This document shows positions 27,001-38,698 of a DNA stretch of 64,000 nt, in pieces. The notes below the pieces were generated by a model, which was not told where the DNA came from, did no database searches, and was given only the letters and a program-made list of their open reading frames with translations. Source of the DNA: Obrimoposthia wandeli (taxonomy: Eukaryota); contig CDROCS010002398.1 in assembly GCA_977020255.1 (NCBI GenBank), positions 1,178,001-1,242,000 on the forward strand, in the 5' to 3' direction. A program made the position numbers and the translations under genes. Position 1 is the stretch's first letter; each line of letters starts with the position of its first letter.

Positions 27001-30000
27001 TGATGTGAGATGTCATGACGGTGCGATATTCGAGGAGGCAGGGCGATACTCGGGACGGCCGGTGACACCAGGAACTGAGCACAGTTGCTGCTGCTCATCT
27101 GCCTCGTCGGCAACTCCTCCGTCTTCTGTCGACGGTAGCAGTAGCAGCAGCAGCAGCGAAGGTCACAGCAATTGTGACGAGGAAGAAGATGTTGGTCGGA
27201 GACATGCTAGTCACCATATGATGCAGGTGACTTGCCTGTCGTTGTGTCGTACATTGTCTGGGTCAGGAATTGTGCCTTATCGCTGAAGTGCATAATCGAA
27301 GTCATAAATGATTGAGGTTGTGCATAATATAGGTTGTGTATGATCGAGGTTGTGTATGATCGAAGTTGTGTATGATCGAGGTTGTGCATGATCGAGGTTG
27401 TGCATGATCGAGGTTGTGTATGATCGAGGTTGTGTATGATCGAGGTTGTGCATGATCGAGGTTGTACATGATTGAGGTTGTTCATGATCGAGGTTGTGTA
27501 TGATCGAGGTTGTGCATGATCGAGGTTGTGTCTGATCGAGGTTGTGCATGATCGAGGTTGTGCATGATCGAGGTGGTGCATGATCGAGGTTGTACATGAT
27601 TGAGGTTGTTCATGATCGAGGTTGTGTATGATCGAGGTTGTGCATGATCGAGGTTGTGTCTGATCGAGGTTGTGCATGATCGAGGTTGTGCATGATCGAG
27701 GTGGTGCATGATCGAGGTTGTGTATGATCGAGGTTGTACATTATCGAGGTTGTGCATGATCGAGGTAGTGCATGATTGAGGTTGTTCATGATCGAGGTTG
27801 TGTATGATCGAGGTTGTGTATGATCGAGGTTATGCATGATCGAGGTTGTGCATGATCGAGGTTGTGTATGATCGAGGTTGTTCATGATCGAGGTTGTGTA
27901 TGATCGAGGTTGTGCATGATCGAGGTAGTGCATGATTGAGGTTGTTCATGATCGAGGTTGTGTATGATCGAGGTTGTGCATGATCGAGGTTATGCATGAT
28001 CGAGGTTGTGCATGATCGAGGTTGTGTATGATCGAGGTTGTACATTATCGAGGTTGTGCATGATCGAGGTTGTGCATGATTGAGGTTGTTCATGATCGAG
28101 GTTGTGTATGATCGAGGTTGTGTATGATCGAGGTTGTGTAGGATCGAGGCTGTGCATGATCGAGGTTGTGTATGATCGAGGCTGTACATGATCGAGGTTG
28201 TGCATGATCGAGGTTGTGTATGATCGAGGTTGTGTATGATCGAGGTTGTGTAGGATCGAGGCTGTGCATGATCGAGGTTGTGTATGATCGAGGCTGTACA
28301 TGATCGAGGTTGTGCATGATCGAGGTTGTGCATGATCGAGGTTGTGTATGATCGAGGTTGTACATTATCAAGGTTGTGTATGATCGAGGTTGTGTATGAT
28401 CACATCGATGTAGTTCAGTGAACAAAGTTTAGTTTGATACAAAGTGTGTTATCTTACGTATTTTATTAATGTAATATTGTAAAATTAAATGGTTAATCCA
28501 TCAATAAAATTCTGATTAAATGAGTAATTAGAAGCAGTAAAGGTTGGGTTGTGACTGTATTCTATCCGTAAATAATTTCAGGAAGACGATGATGACGAAG
28601 AAGACGATCGGCGGATCGAACGTGATCTCAACTACCCTCAGTTGTCATCCGGGACGCCAGTCGGTCTTTTCAGTGGCGGTAACCTCAATTCTTCTGGATC
28701 GTGCTGTAACCAGCAATCGCAGCAGCACAATCACGTCAGAACCGGACAATTCAAGGTTACTTTTTTGATCTGTTTGGGGTTTGGGTTTCTTTTTTAGTCT
28801 CTTGTACCGTATATATCAATAGATAAGACTATACAATAATCCATTATTTTCAAGTTAAAATTAGAGAGTCGTCTTATCCATGGTTTTAATTTTTATACCT
28901 TAACAAATCTATGATTATAATATACTATTTTTATTATATTAAATTAAATTATAGTATCCAACCCTTAACTTGAATTAAAATGCATTACGGTATTGTCTTA
29001 TCTACTAGTATATACGGTATTTTACGTTACGTTTTTGAATTATTTCTAATTTATAAAATATGGGTTGTTATATAAGGAGGGTAAAATTGCAAATAATTTT
29101 AAAACTAACAATAGTTTTAAAAAAAGTTATTTATTAAAAAAGTTATTTACTACGTTTTATAAAAAGTCTATATATGGTACTTTAATCCTTATTTTAGCAT
29201 TATTCAACATATTAATACGATCAAGATAGATTGTACACGACAAATTGTAAAGTGTGTAACAATTTTTAGTAAAACGATTTTTCAATTCAAGAATGTATTA
29301 TTTTTAAAGACAAACACGAAAAATCAACATAGTTGTTTTTTGAAGTAACTGTCGTATACATTTTTTATTCCGCTTTTCTTGATTTAATACATTTACAAAA
29401 AGAAATTTTAGACATTAAAATTCTTTCAGATTTTTAGTTTGCTCATCTTCATAAACCAAATATGACAAAATTTAAAAAGGGTTTCCATTATATTGAGGTC
29501 TGAGAAATTAATGATATGTAAATTTTTAAAGATAATTTTGAACTTTAGCTACTATAAGAATTCGACAATTATCTTGAATATATAAATATTTCTGTCTAGA
29601 GTTTAATTTTATGTATTTCACAATGAGTTGTTTCAACAAATCTAAGTGTCCATAATTTTAAATTTTCATGTATTTTTCTAACGTCCAAAAACTTATTAGG
29701 TCTGTAGGAGGCTTCTAGAAGTCGGCAAAAAGTTGAGAAATGCTGTACTTCATTTCATCGTAGCATTACATTTATAGGCTACATATCAGTTTGCTCGTTT
29801 GGTTCTACGACAAGTACGTCCGGACAACTACCACCCATGAAAAAATATCACACTAAAAAGTATAATTATAATGGACATGTGTTTTTTCATTTGTATATTT
29901 ATTTAATTTCATGGCATTAATTTTATGCATAACAATTATATACAAGGTACATTATACAATCTTCATCATATAATCTACATCTGTATATTGTGTGCAATAC

Positions 30001-33000
30001 CTCGTAGAAAATCCAGGATAGGGCGGTTGTCATAGTCGGACACAACAGTAACTAGGCGTTCGGCGATGGCCTTTTATTTTCCACGTTGAGGTGGAGCTGC
30101 TTGTCCGACCAGTATCTGTGTCATGATGACCTCGTCTAAAAAGAAATATATGTTGATAGTAATCGATCGATTTAGTAAACTGGTATCACTATCAGCAATC
30201 TCGAAAGAAGATGAAATAACAATTAATAAAGCCCTCGAGACAAATTGGATGTATAAATTTGGAAAACCTAAGAGTATTTTAACAGATAGAGGACATTATT
30301 TTCAGAAATGGCTAGAAAATTTTGGTATTGAACAAGAGCTTACATCATCTTATCAACACCAAGCTAACGGTCTAGAAGAAAGAGTTATACGCACGATAAG
30401 AGATGTGATTGTAACGATTTATTGCCAAAAATTGAATTTGCTATAAATGAAACAGTAAATAGTTCTTCAAAACATTCACTGTTTGAGGTCATTTATGGAA
30501 GAAAAATAACAATCCAAGCATCAAATACAACAACAAACAATAAATAAAATATAATTCAAGACGTAAGGAAGAACCAACAAATCGCAGCTGAGAAGTTAAA
30601 GAAGTTAGAAAATGAAAAAAAATAGGAAAGGATATTTGAAGTAAATGAAAAGGTGCTTGTTAAAAAGGACCCAATTAAAAGAAGTAAGTATAGTGACCAG
30701 TATAAAGGCCCATATAGAATAATATAATTATTGAGTCCACGACAGGTATCAATTCAGTTTTCAAGAGGAATACTTCCCAGGAGAATCGAATGGCTCAAGA
30801 AGTGTAAATTTGATTTGTGAAGGGGAAAGTTATGTAATCAGAAACCGGAATTATCTTACTTTCTATAAATTTGTTTAAGAACTGATATTTTATAATCAGA
30901 ATATAAATTGTGTTTTGAAATCGAAGTCTTGAATTATGTCTACGATAGAAAACATAACTGGGAGTCTTCCCAATTATAATGAATATACAGTTAGTAGAGA
31001 CAAGCAAAGTTCGTTAAAATATTGTATTTGTATATTTTTTAAAGGAACACAAAAAATTTAAGGACTCGATTTTTCAGAGATCCGTTTTTGACTCTCCCAA
31101 CAATCTGTAAATTCGATTTGAGTTGAAATTTGAACATAACATTCTTTAGTACAATGTGTGTTAAAGTTTTGATAGTAAATCACTAAGTATCTGAATAAAG
31201 GACTAAATTTATAAATTACAAGGAATTTTGACTCTACAACAGGGTTTCTCAACCTTTTTTCACCACGGCCCCCTTTAGTTTGCAGCAAATTGCTGTGGCC
31301 CCCTCTACTATGGACAAAAAGATTACATCGTATACGTATTGTTTTCAATTATACTATTCTGTCATGGAAACATTCAAAAAGATAATCAATGAGAAAACTA
31401 TATTTAAAAAATGTTAGTGTGACCCTTGCGCTTGGCGTTTGCCAACAAGTGTAGTGAAATCTGGAGTAATTATATTTTTGCAAAGGCATATTATGATGTT
31501 TTACCGTCGGCCCTCATTGGGCTGGTACGCCCACGCAATAAGTTGACGCGTCGCGTCCATATGTATCTAGAAGTCTATACTCTGTTTTTATTCTATGTCA
31601 AACATTTATTTGTGGCACACGTGTGCAGTCATCGAAGTGTTTAACCCAGTGAAAACAGGGGTGTTAATTTTTTTTTTTTGTTTGGCTCGTGTGGCCCCCC
31701 TGGCAAATTGTGTGGGGCCCCCGTTGAGAAACCCTGCTCTACAATATAATAGTTTAAGAAATACTTTTCCTTAACGTTTCATCATTCTTATTCAGTTTTC
31801 ATCTAAATCCGAGTGTTCAAGTTCAAATATACTATGTTTCCCAATTTTTATTATTCCATGAAAACTTAACTTAACAAATATTTCAACTCACAATCTCATT
31901 TCATAAAAATATCGCTTTTAAAACTTTAATCATGCTTTAATTTATTTAAGAGACGGACAGTTTCATAATTATAAACACCCCAAAGAAAAACATTTATTTC
32001 TTCTACACATTTCCATTTCTACACAATACAGTTGTTATTTTGTGCATCACACCTTCGTAAAGGTTTATTAATTCATTTCGATGATTTTACTATATTTATT
32101 TTATTTCTCTAGATTTAGTATATTGAGTTTACAAGTATATTGAGGACCATATTCTAAAAATTCTACAATATTAATGTCTGAATTTTTGATAGTCATTTCA
32201 ACTTTATTTTATTAACAGTAAAAATCTTTGCAATTTCTTTACGCTCGAAGCATTGTCTTCCATACGTAAAATAATCTTTCCAATAAATTTTCAACATTAA
32301 AATATCTGGTTATTGGAGTATTTTTATAAACGCATTGAATTTCAAAACTGTCCGAATAATAATACCGTTTGGCATTAGCATATACCAAATCAAAATCCCA
32401 CCCCGTTCACATGATATCTCTATTTGACTTTTTTCTCATTTCTTTGACAATATTTTCAAAATGTACGTAACCATTGTGGTATTTTCTTTATTCTATATTT
32501 CTTCGTGAGATAATTCATTTTTTCGATTTATTAATTTATACCCTCCCCATATAATTTATTTAAAAGCACTTTTTGTAATATTTAACTCACAGCTCCTTTG
32601 TCGTTTTCATCTTTTTATGTATAAATTTACATAAATTTACGGCTGATTGCATCATTAAAAATTTGAAATATTCATATTTAAATGCACATACCTATTTATA
32701 AATAAATTATTTTTAAATACTCATTATTAAAACAACTTAAAATTACATTATGAAAAATTATACCTCATATTTATCACTTAATTTAGTTTATAATTTTTAA
32801 TCCATAAATGATAGTAACTTTTATTATGTCATATCTAAGTGTACTGAGTGTTCAAAATTATCAATCGTAGTATGTTACTCGTCAATGTTCCAATGTTGAA
32901 AATATCTGTGAAAAGTGTTTTTTGTATCATTTTCACAGGACTACGAAGAGGATCTGGAGGAGTTTCTCGTAGAGTGTGTCCAGTCCCCAGGCAGTGCGCT

Positions 33001-36000
33001 GCCCCGATTAGCCAGTGTCAATAGCAACAGTGCCGCCACTGCCCAGCAACAGTTGCTAGGCGCCTCCTGGGCGAGTTATAACAGTGCTGCCGCTGCTGCT
33101 CCAACCGCCAGTCGCAGTCAGTCGAGGTAGGCAACTTTCTCTATGCAGGTCAATATATCTAACTAGGTCAAATTCGACAAAGTACTATATTTTTAACATA
33201 TGTTCACCATCATTGGCTCAATATCAAGGTTTCACTAAAATTTCGCAACCTATATTTTCATTTTCGTTTATAAATTGTGAATATATTTTACAATGTCATT
33301 TATGACATTTTGGTGTATAATTAGGTGCGTAAGAAAACTTTGAAACCATGTGCAAAAAGTATATTTTTATAACTCAAATATATGTTAAAATGTTTTTTGT
33401 ATCTTATTTCGTTACATTTATGCATTGATTGGCGTATGAATAATATAATAACAAAGGTATTAAATCTTTAAATCCAGTTAAATTATTCGGAATTCGTTTT
33501 TATCTGTTTAAGTGAAAGCTTTTTTTATTAACAAAATACCTAAACAAAATGATCTGAATGATGACAAAAACGAAAAATTATTCTTTTAGAAAATTTGAAA
33601 GTGCACCGAAATGAAGCAATAATGTAATCATGATTTTTTTAAAGTTATTAGGGAATTATGAATAAATATTTTAAAAACTACAAAAAGATCAAAGTTAGAT
33701 GAAAGAGAACATATAAGGCTGATTTTTTCTATATAATTTTTATTGTTGAAAAACTTTATACTAAATGGGCTAAACCGCTGCCAATACTATAGGAAATGAG
33801 CTAATCATATTGTCCATTTCAAAATTCAACCTTGCTATTGTCACAAACATATGGCCAAAAATATAGCCGATTTTTGGTTTTGAAGCACTAGAAGGTTAAA
33901 CGAAAGTTATCAAATATATTCAATATGATAGAAACATAACTTCTTCAAACTGTTTTCTACAGGTTTCAAATTGAGAAATGGGAAAATATTCATAATTCGT
34001 GAAGTTGTTCGACTCAAAAAAAGATTTTTTTGAAAATTAACTGTTTGAGAAAACTAATTTGAGAAAATTTGTCAGGGATTTTCAAGATTCTTTGAAAACA
34101 TTTTACATTCCTAAGAGGTAAAAAAAAAAAAAGCTGATTTTTCTGCAAATTTTCAGGACATTCATTTGATCGTGAATCTTTGGGGAGTTTTGGCCCGACT
34201 TATTTATGCGAAAATAGAAATACATTAATATCCCTGAGCTAAAGTGTTATACTACTTAAAATAGACCAATCTGAAGAAAGGAATTTTTGAGAATGTTTGA
34301 TTATCTTTTTCTCAATGAAATTTGAGGTTTTTAATTTGATTTTTTATGTTCAAATAACTGGGGTTTTAAAGATTTGTTATACTTTATTTTATACATTATG
34401 CAATTTATCGTAATATTATCAAATAAAATAACTTTAATATTCTATTATTTTCTTCAATATTTTCAGTTTTATACACGATGATTTTATATAGTAATACAAA
34501 TTTAAATGGTAATAAAAGTAAAAAGAAGTTTTTGTTTTAACGTTTCAATTTGTTTCTAGAACATTCTACAGATAGTTTAAATTTATTATAGTCGCTAATA
34601 TTCTATTAGTATGCAAAGAAAGAAATGTAGCGGACGTTTTATATGAAAGATTAACTATTAAAGAATATAAAAACAAAATATCTTCTCTAACAATAATCGT
34701 TTCCACTTACGAGAGCAACAATACATTTAGTATTTAACAAGTTTTTATCAACTGGAAATGTAGGTGATTTGTCTAGATCGGGTTGCTCAGTCTCAAAACT
34801 TACTCTGCAATTTTCTTCCGAATATGTAAGTGGTGAACTGTTTTGAATTGGCTGGTTAGGACTTCAAGTTCAGGCAGTAAATGTTGCACGATTTGGTGTC
34901 AATCGTGAAAATACAATACGAGGTCGGCTGTTGCTACTAGTGGCATAGTTTTTGGTGATGAAGCTTGCACCTCTTCTAATTGGTCCATATTAAAATTAAA
35001 TAATCTCTCTAATTTGTTGTATATTATAATTAATTAACTTTCACTAATTGGCCATTATATAATAATCTTTCTTTAACTGACCGTATTTTACTAAATCTCT
35101 TCTAATTGCACCTTTTGGACATAAAGAAATGCTTTAAATATATCGAAGACCGCTACTCACCTTAGAAGAGACCATGGAGTACGATCCCATGCCAAAGACT
35201 GTTCACCAAGGATCGCATATTAAACCATGACAATAGAATATTCAACTATTCTTGTCAAACTTTGCCTTATATGCAAGATTGACCTAAATTATTTAAAAAA
35301 ACGACTGGAAATACAACTATTTGCTTCGTACTTTGGCGGGTTCTGAAAGACTCGTAGTAAATTTGACCTATATTTTATCAAAATCACTGAAAATCGACCC
35401 AATATCCCCTAACTCGCCTCTAAATTTGCCATGTACTGAAAGACACACGGCAAAATTGACCTGCATTCCATCAGAATCTACCAAATATTACCCAAAATGA
35501 CCGATTTTCACCGAAAAAAACCCAACTATTCGAAGACATTTGATTTACATTCGACAAATACGAGGTCCGTGGCCAAAGCTCTAGGGCTGCCTTTCCCACG
35601 TACTTTGCCTTGTTCTGAAAGGCACACGTTCTTCTACTTGACAAGATCGATTCTTGTTTTTTATTACCGGTTGTGTTGAAAATGCTGTTTCGCAAATGTG
35701 TTGGTCCAAATGGACTTAATATCAAAATAGCAATTTTGGCGATTGAAACATATTTTTGTTGACGTCTTATCCAAACGTTTGTCATTTCTAGATTGCTAAA
35801 CTCCATTTCAAGTGAAGATTCCACTCTTATTTCAAATGGTTCCTCTTGATTTGACCAACTAATGTGGTCATGTTGCAAAGAAGCAAGAAATGGCGTTCCG
35901 ACCCAGTCATACTCTTTGGGTTTCTTTAAATTTTGGAAATAAATGTTTATGAATATTTATATCTGAAATTTGTTTAAGAAACTTATTTTTATTTGAAAGG

Positions 36001-38698
36001 GGAAGTGAAATATTGTTTGATTTTAAAAAATGTTTAAGCATAGAAACATTTCAACGCGTCCTCGTTCAACTCCTTCCGACCATGAAGAAAGCTTCTGTTG
36101 AAATCCTTGATATTTACTAGTCAACATCAAAATGTTTCATATTTACCCCAAGAATTAAATGCACAAAAGAACAATTCGATGAGCTTTTTGTACATTTTGA
36201 AATTAAAATTTGAAATATTTTGTAACGTAAGAAATTGAAAAAGGTTTCTTTGCATTTTAGTTTTCAGTTTAGTTGTTCATTCATTGACTTTGTGAAATCA
36301 ATACGAGATTTTTTCCCCATTATATAACATAGTTATGAAAACAATCAGGTTGTCTCAATGTGGACTATGGCGAAAGCATCGCGATTCTTTTTGAAAAGCT
36401 CAAGTATAAATGATCATTCTTAACTCTCTTCTGGTTGCTTGAAGTGGTTTCTAAATATTTGTGAAGTTTTCTTTGTGAAAATATTCATAGTTGAACAACT
36501 CATACCTGAAATTTGTATATTTAAGTCAAAGAATATAATATACTCGAGATTAAACAAGGTTAATCTAGTTTAAATCAATTAATACTGATTTGCTTACAAC
36601 TAATGTATAAATTTTCAATTTATTGTGAACGACAATAAACTATCAATTACTTTTTATGTAATGGAATATTACAGTAATAACTTACAACATATTAAACTGA
36701 ATATATGCAAAAATATATTATGTTTACAAGTAATTTTTGAATGTCTAGTAAACAAAATTAAATAACTCGAAAGAACTTTTAATATTTGAAAGAATAAACT
36801 TAATAGTAACTTCTGTTTGAAATTTATAGTATATGCAGTCGGTGCAGCTAAGTTTAAAATTTAAAATTAATTTATAGTTTAAAGATAAAATCGCTTGACA
36901 AAATCCACAACCAAAATGCGCTCAAGAAAACTAACATGTAAAATGAAATTTTTGTTGTTTAAAGACATTGAACATCATATTATATTAATTAGATGTAGAA
37001 TAACAAAGAATTAAAGGTTTATTTTGAGGATTAATATTAAAATATCCATTAACATCCCCAATATGTCATACCTCTAACCCTAGTTCATTTACATATATAT
37101 TCGATAATGTTAACTTGTTTTTACTTACTCTTGCTATCACTTAGCACCATTTTAAACCATACTCTCTAATTCATTTATTTACATTGTGATTTACATTCAC
37201 ATTCATTCGTACCTTTCTAACGACTTACTTGTCTATAGTTTTACTTACACTTAGTATTATTTTATTCCTTCCATCAAAATTACAGTTGCTTGCTTTTAAT
37301 ATTGTTGTAACTAGTCATTCTAAGTCTTAATATAATTTAGTATTACTGCTTCTTCCAATCAATCTTACAGTTGCTTACTTGTTATTAATCTAACCATCAC
37401 TTAATCTAACTTTTATTCATACTAAAACTCTATTTTAATTTACTTCTAGTCTAAATTACACTTTCATTCAATCATAGTCTCGATACTCTTATTTCCCATC
37501 TACTTACACTGTTACTCATTCGAAGTTTTACATTCACTTGCTGAAACTCTTACTCATATTTGCATTCCCTTGCATGCATACTTGTATTCATTTACATTCA
37601 TTCTAACTCTCATTTATTCAAACTATAACTCAAATTCTTTAATATTTTTACTAATATTCATTCATTTATGTACTTGAATACATTTGTTCTTGCATTTGTA
37701 TTCATTCATAATTGTATTCGTATTCTTTCTTACTTGTACTTGTAACTGGCCCATTCATTTAAAATATTTCATAAAGGTTGACACGTTGAGACTTTTATGT
37801 TTAATTAAATTTCTGGATTCCGCCCTTTTACCAGTGAGAAAACATGGATATACACTTGATTGAAAATACTATTTAAAATACGTTATGAAATTTTGAAATA
37901 TATTCTTATCAAAGAATATGTTAGATTCGAAAGAAACCATAGGCGCCATTCATTTAAAATATTTCATAAAGGTTGACACGTTGAGACTTTTATGTTTAAT
38001 TAAATTTCTGGATTCCGCCCTTTTACCAGTGAGAAAACATGGATATACACTTGATTGAAAATACTATTTAAAATACGTTATGAAATTTTGAAATATATTC
38101 TTATCAAAGAATATGTTAGATTCGAAAGAAACCATAGGCGCCACGGGTATTTTGAATGACGATTGTGTCTACAATTTAGCACTAACTGATTTTTGTCATA
38201 TTTTATTTCAAATCATGCAGATCGTCAGACCGCAACAATCACCATAGCAATAATCACCATAACAACAATCACCATCACCACAGCCACCACAGTCACCACA
38301 ACCACCATTCCTGTCCCCCTCCCCACACCCGACCCGGATCAGCCTCCACCCCCCCGGCCGCCAATGTTGCCATGGAGACCGTATTTGGTGCGGCAGGGGG
38401 TGCAGTTCCCAATGTTTTTGTGGCACGTCGCGTCAATCTCATCACAAAGGACATCAACGACATCATCAAGGACCTGGTCTTCATCCAGAAGAACAACGAA
38501 AACCGAGAAAAAGTGAACCGGATTGTGTCGGAGTGGCGAGCCGTTGGCATGGTGCTGGACAGATTCTTCTTCATGATTTATGTGATTGCAATTGTACTGT
38601 CACTCATCCACTTTTTCCCGAAAGCTGGAAATGAGACCTACCTCAACAAAAACAAGGAACTCGACTGTGAGTCTGCTGAACATACAAGTACTCCCTGA
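11933..38698 (+). CDS. Cys-loop nicotinic acetylcholine receptor subunit, 3' part (M2-M3-loop-M4), probably of the anion-selective lophotrochozoan clade; six exons
   Basis: Exons 11933-12019, 17235-17353, 26465-27226, 28582-28755, 32939-33126 and 38221-38698 join in phase (1,1,0,0,0,2) with GT-AG ends and no stops. Motifs PMIG-TYYCVNM, PYWLKQ and SEWRAVGMVLDRFF. Confidence 0.9.
12930..13650 (-). pseudogene. Mariner (DD34D) transposase remnant
   Basis: Decayed ISDEKW, LLCVWWNFEGV and PHPSYRSDLAPSDFHLF(RFL) motifs. Confidence 0.75.
14900..15170. repeat. GA/GT-rich minisatellite (GAGGATGATGACGGT/GAGGATGATGGGGT units)
   Basis: Directly visible tandem units; they produce spurious His/Pro/Asp ORFs. 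Confidence 0.9.
17235..17353 (+). CDS. nAChR exon: M3
   Basis: gcag|TYYCVNMTLITLSTFLCLIIVNFHFRGDNRKEAPYWLKQ|gtacat; 119 nt. Confidence 0.9.
18646..18717 (-). pseudogene. tRNA-like relic (Ala-UGC-like anticodon loop) or tRNA-derived SINE head
   Basis: Minus strand: GCCGCCAC-AGTTCAGTGGTAGAAC (A box/D arm), CTTGCAA loop, degenerate TTCAATT B box, TCTCGGC. 72 nt with broken stems. Confidence 0.5.
22620..23020 (+). pseudogene. Chapaev/CMC-type transposase remnant
   Basis: EPLLISQDHLNDLAGYLNLSERQVEINGLRLQEWNLL resembles the ELNDLVRDL.LSK..AELLGSRLQ.WNLL motif; several stops. Confidence 0.6.
25447..25792. mobile_element. hAT-type MITE, 346 bp
   Basis: TIR CAGG(C/G)CCTGT(A/G)AGA; perfect 8-bp TSD CTAACTCA (25439-25446 and 25793-25800). 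Confidence 0.9.
26465..27226 (+). CDS. nAChR exon: start of the intracellular loop (His/Gln/Ser-rich)
   Basis: acag|LTIKHGARILMVDLG...HHMMQ|gtgact; 762 nt, phase 0-0, GC-rich and open. Confidence 0.85.
27305..28400. repeat. 16-bp minisatellite (GATCGAGGTTGTG(C/T)AT)n, roughly 65-70 copies
   Basis: Uninterrupted head-to-tail array with point variants and no unique spacers. Confidence 0.97.
28582..28755 (+). CDS. nAChR exon: intracellular loop
   Basis: ttcag|EDDDDEEDDRRIERDLNYPQL...GQFK|gttact; 174 nt, phase 0-0. Confidence 0.75.
29972..30120 (-). pseudogene. MULE (Mutator-like) transposase C-terminal remnant
   Basis: RLVTVVSDYDNRPILDFLRGIAHNIQM* matches the typical invertebrate MULE C-terminal LRGIAHN motif. 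Confidence 0.55.
30123..31010 (+). mobile_element. Ty3/gypsy 3' remnant: integrase core, polypurine tract and probable start of the 3' LTR
   Basis: VIDRFSK..FGKPKSILTDRG..YQHQANGLEER (rve D,D,E), decayed YKGPYRI, PPT GAAGGGGAAAG at 30819-30829, then TGTAAT at 30833. Confidence 0.75.
31240..31736. mobile_element. hAT/Charlie-type MITE, 497 bp
   Basis: Perfect TIR CAGGGTTTCTCAAC; perfect 8-bp TSD CTCTACAA. Confidence 0.92.
31950..32560 (-). pseudogene. Tc1-like transposase remnant
   Basis: Decayed GGILIWYMLMPNG and MEDNAS (second D motif), plus a degenerate SPD.N.IE region. Confidence 0.5.
32939..33126 (+). CDS. nAChR exon: intracellular loop
   Basis: tcacag|DYEEDLEEFLVECVQSP...SQS-AG|gtaggc; 188 nt, phase 0-2. 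Confidence 0.75.
35630..35880 (-). pseudogene. hAT (Charlie/Buster) transposase C-terminal dimerisation-domain remnant
   Basis: VWIRRQQKYVSIAKIAILILSPFGPTHL resembles FW..YP.L...A...L.PF.STYLCE. Confidence 0.6.
37050..37745. repeat. Degenerate low-complexity CATT/ACTT-rich tract
   Basis: Strongly G-poor run of TTACATTC/ACTTAC-like words. Confidence 0.6.
37751..38143. repeat. Apparently perfect 195-bp tandem duplication
   Basis: CCATTCATTTAAAATATTTC...CATAGGCG starts at 37751 and again at 37946. Confidence 0.92.
38221..38698 (+). CDS. nAChR last exon: end of loop, MA helix, M4 and C-terminal tail
   Basis: atgcag|..ITKDINDIIKDLVFIQKNNENREKVNRIVSEWRAVGMVLDRFFFMIYVIAIVLSLIHFFPK..STP*. Confidence 0.92.

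Noticed and set aside
27207-28425. Seven overlapping minus-strand ORFs with MHNLDHAQPRSCTTSI repeats, or a CRISPR-like array
   Set aside because: These are translations of a 16-bp tandem satellite. There are no unique spacers and no cas genes, and the context is eukaryotic.
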